From an uncultured Gemmatimonadales bacterium (GTDB taxonomy: Bacteria > Gemmatimonadota > Gemmatimonadetes > Gemmatimonadales > Gemmatimonadaceae): a stretch of 64,000 nucleotides of DNA. The position numbers were made by a program, and so were the translations under genes. Every line of letters begins with the position of its first letter. The first letter of the stretch is position 1. Of the stretch, positions 60,648-64,000 are shown piece after piece. A model generated the notes under the pieces. That model made no database searches and had not been told where the DNA came from. It saw only the letters and a list, made by a program, of their open reading frames with translations. The stretch covers positions 64,001-128,000 of the forward strand of contig CAVPQB010000006.1 of the NCBI GenBank assembly GCA_963707505.1, written 5' to 3'.

Positions 60648-62373
60648 ATGAAACGCTTCGCCATCATCGCGGCTTCCATGCTCGCGCCTGCGCTCCTTGG
60701 AGCCCAACAGGCACCTGGAACGGAAGCACCGCCGACCGTCGTCCCCTACCCGCCGACGACGCTCCCGCTCAAGCACGCTGCACAGCCTACGACATCGGCG
60801 ATCACCGCGCAGGACCTCATGACGCGGCTCTACATCTTCGCCGACGACTCCATGCAGGGCCGCGAAGCCGGCACCATCGGCAACTTCAAGGGAACCAGCT
60901 ACATCGCAGCCGAAGCCAGGAAGATCGGACTCATCCCCGCCGGTGATAGCGGCGGCTACTTCCAGACGATTCCGCTCAAGGTGAGATCCATCGATCCGAA
61001 ATCGAGTTTCACCGTCGGTGATGTCGTCCTCGAATACGGGAAGGACTGGGTCGCCACAGGCTCCAAGTCGGTCGACGCCAGCAACGTTCAGCTCATCTAC
61101 GGTGGTGTACTTGGCGACACCACCCAGATGATCAAGGCCGGCGAGGGCGCTGGCAAGATCGTCGTGTTCACGATGCCTCCCGGCGCATCGCCAAGCGCGA
61201 TGCGCAGTGCCGCCAGAGCAGTCGCAGGCGCAGTCGCCGTGGGCATCATCGGACTCGACCAGTTCATGCCGTTCTTCACCCGTCCGCAGACATTTGTGGA
61301 TGATCCGAGCAACGGGCCTGCGCAGGCACCGCCACCGACGATCCTCCTCTCCAAGGCCGCGGCCGACAAGCTCACGGAAGGTGCGCCTGCACTCACACCA
61401 GGGCTCGTCGACCCGAACCCCGGCAAGCTCGACCTCAAGCTTTCCGTCGAGCCGGTACCCTATCCCGCGCGTAACGTGGTCGGGATCATCCGCGGTAGCG
61501 ATCCCAAGCTCGCAGGTGAGTACGTCGCGATGGGCGCGCATAACGACCACATCGGCTTCAATAACCGGCCGGTCGATCACGATTCACTGCGCTTCTTCAA
61601 TCACATCGTGCGTCCAGGGGGCGCCGAGGATGGCGCGAAGCAGGCGACCCCGGAGCAGCAGGCTGAGGTGAACAAGGTCCTCGCCGCATATCGCGCGGGA
61701 CATCCGAACTCGGCGCGCCCCGATTCGATCTCCAACGGCGCCGACGACGATGGCTCTGGATCCGTGAGCGTTCTCGAGATCGCACAGAAGATGGCGTCGA
61801 CCAAGCCCAGAGCGCTCCATCATCTTCGTCTGGCACGTCGGCGAGGAAAAGGGCCTGCTCGGCTCGACCTACTTCACCGATCACCCGACCGTCCCTCGTG
61901 ACTCCATAGTCGCACAGCTCAACATGGACATGGTCGGTCGTGGCGACGCCTATGACATCACCGGCAAGTCGAAGGACGGCGCCATCCTGCGCGGCAGCCC
62001 GAACTACCTGCAGCTCGTCGGCTCTCATCGCCTGTCGACAGAGCTCGGTAACATGGCCGAGTCGGTGAACAAGGATGGCAAGCACGGCCTGGTGTTCGAT
62101 TATTCGATGGATGCCAACGGTCACCCGGACAACATCTACTGCCGCAGCGATCACTACGAGTACGCGCGGTACAACATCCCAATCATCTTCTTCACGACCG
62201 GCCTGCATTCCGATTACCACCAGGTGACGGATGAGCCTCAGTACATAGACTACAACCACATGGCGCGCGTCGATAACTTCATCGAAGACCTCGCCATGCA
62301 CGTCGCGAACATGGACCACCGTCCAGTCGTCGACGGGCCGCACATGGATCCTCACGGAAGCTGCAAGCAGTAG
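60648..62373 (+). CDS. M28 family aminopeptidase (frameshift near 61810)
   Basis: Signal peptide, GAHNDH, NGADDDGSG, then GEEKGL, NMDMVG, RSDH, DYHQVTD in next frame. Confidence 0.9.
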
Positions 62374-62393
62374 GCTTCCTGCAAGGTTTCTGA

Positions 62394-62436
62394 TAAAAGA
62401 AGGCGCGAACGGAACTCTCGTTCGCGCCTTCTTTTA
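62394..62436 (+). terminator. Rho-independent terminator (bidirectional form)
   Basis: TAAAAGAAGGCGCGAACG / CGTTCGCGCCTTCTTTTA perfect 18-bp stem. Confidence 0.85.
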
Positions 62437-62588
62437 TTGAGACAGTGCGCTTCGCCCTGCGGCCTCATGCAACGTGGACGCGCGCGCGGACGTATCAGTA
62501 TAGTTGTGATTTTTGTCATCTTCCCGTAAGGTTGACGGTGCACCAGCCGCCTGATTCCTCCCCTCTTTCCACCGCTTGGAAACATTTG

Positions 62589-64000
62589 ATGAAAAGGTTG
62601 TTCTCCATTCTTCTGCTACTGGTCATGCCTGCGGTGGTTCACGCACAGGCATCCGTGCACGGAACAGTTGTCGATCAACAGACCGGCACGCCCATCGTCG
62701 GTGCGTCGGTCGTGATCACAGGTACGACTGTCGGCGCCATCACCAATGACGCTGGCGGCTTCAACATCAGCACCGACCGCAGCGTCACCAGCCTGACGGT
62801 TACGAGCGCAGGTTATGAAGCCATTGAAGTGCCGGTGACGGACGCGAGCGTACCGCTACGCATCAGGCTCACGCCATCGCAGACCAGGCTTCCCGGTGTA
62901 CAGATCGTCGCCAACAAGCCGACTCCATCCACCGCGATCCTCACGCAGCAGGATCTCAATCGCGCGAGCGGGCTGAGCCTCGAGAACTCGATCAATACGG
63001 TTCCCGGCGTCTTCATGCAGTCACGCACACCCTGGGGCGGTGCGCGCATCACGATCCGCGGATACTACCCAAGCACCAGTGGCAACAGCCCGAACTCCAA
63101 CGGTCTGGGATACAACGTCTTTCTGAACAACATCCCGGTCACCGATGCTTCCGGCGCAACCATACTCGACGACATCGACTACTCGACACTCGGCAATGTC
63201 GAAGTCATCAAGGGACCAGCATCGAGCCAGTATGGCAGCCAGATCGGCGGTACGGTGAGATTTACGACTACGCGCCCAACGCCGAACGAGACCAGCCTCA
63301 GTCAGCAGCTGACGAGCGGGAGCTACGGTCTGCTCCGCAGCAATACGAGTTTCCAGACCGCGACCAACACGTCGGACCTGGTGCTGAATTACGGCCATCA
63401 GACCTACGACTCGTTCCGTCCGCACAGCGGATCTCTGAAGGATTACCTCAGCGCGACCGGAGATTACACGGTCAGCGACAACCAGACGTTATCTGCGTAC
63501 TTCGCCTACAACCGCTCTTTCGAGGAGCTCGCGGGCGAGATCGATAGCGCAGACTTCTACGCACGTCGTCCGGTAAGCAACGCGGCCTACCTCGCCAACG
63601 ACTCGCACATCCAGATCACCAGCTTCGTCACCGGCCTGACCGACAATTATCGCTTGACCGACGACATTACCAACAAGACCACTGTGTTCGGCACGGGTCG
63701 TACTTACGGCCAGCCATTCGCCCATGGCTTCACGGACGCCAATCAGTTCACCTTCGGCGCGCGCTCGGCCTTCGGCTATTCAGGTCAGTGGGGTGTTGCC
63801 GATGTGACCGGCACGCTCGGCGGAATGCTCGAGCGCACCAACATCTCGACCAATGGCGTGTTCATCGTTCCAGCGCCGCCATACCCCCAGCGGCCTACGG
63901 ATCAGGAGAACTACGCCACCATCGCCTCGCTGTTCACGGAATGGAACTTCGCCATGCCGAGCCAGGTTACACTGACAGTTGGCGCGAGCCTCAACAAGAA
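62589..64000 (+). CDS. TonB-dependent receptor (runs off window)
   Basis: Manual translation MKRLFSILLLLVMPAVVHAQ..GTVVD..PIVGASV; plug motifs PGVFMQ, TIRG, VEVIKGPASSQYG. Confidence 0.88.
   Translation, partial: MKRLFSILLLLVMPAVVHAQASVHGTVVDQQTGTPIVGASVVITGTTVGAITNDAGGFNISTDRSVTSLTVTSAGYEAIEVPVTDASVPLRIRLTPSQTRLPGVQIVANKPTPSTAILTQQDLNRASGLSLENSINTVPGVFMQSRTPWGGARITIRGYYPSTSGNSPNSNGLGYNVFLNNIPVTDASGATILDDIDYSTLGNVEVIKGPASSQYGSQIGGTVRFTTTRPTPNETSLSQQLTSGSYGLLRSNTSFQTATNTSDLVLNYGHQTYDSFRPHSGSLKDYLSATGDYTVSDNQTLSAYFAYNRSFEELAGEIDSADFYARRPVSNAAYLANDSHIQITSFVTGLTDNYRLTDDITNKTTVFGTGRTYGQPFAHGFTDANQFTFGARSAFGYSGQWGVADVTGTLGGMLERTNISTNGVFIVPAPPYPQRPTDQENYATIASLFTEWNFAMPSQVTLTVGASLNK

Noticed and set aside
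30928..62373. Programmed ribosomal frameshifting in split genes
   Set aside because: Too many unrelated genes affected, most without slippery motifs; sequencing indels are the simpler explanation.
1..64000. CRISPR array or cas genes near the CHAT protease
   Set aside because: No regularly spaced direct repeats or Cas-like ORFs seen.

Overview
High-GC bacterial window, probably Gemmatimonadota (inferred from SusC/SusD in a high-GC background and the peptidase repertoire; not verifiable here). Many conserved genes are split by single-base indels (Fpg, Rieske, GHMP kinase, AddAB, deacylase, DUF3224, OMP, sigma factor, M28), which looks like long-read assembly error. Main blocks: (1) 6.4-32.3 kb: DPP-IV peptidase, a complete hydroxyproline catabolic operon with GntR regulator, VPS10-like protein, SusD/SusC, GH35, a Tat-exported clan GH-D-like glycosidase, a sodium symporter fused to a nucleotidyltransferase, and a galactokinase-like kinase. 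The same palindrome GGATA-N3-TATCC sits upstream of both susC and the GntR/Hyp operon, suggesting a regulated locus for hydroxyproline-rich (glyco)proteins. (2) AddAB-like helicase/nuclease and peptidases. (3) An atypical trpS preceded by a Trp-Trp-Trp leader peptide and attenuator-like hairpin. (4) A 50.8-60.4 kb accessory block beside tRNA-Gln(CTG): vapBC, Ig-domain lipoprotein, orphan small protein, beta-barrel OMP, and a CRISPR-less TPR-CHAT protease + unknown partner + anti-sigma + ECF sigma module. No CRISPR array, rRNA, integrase or transposase was seen.
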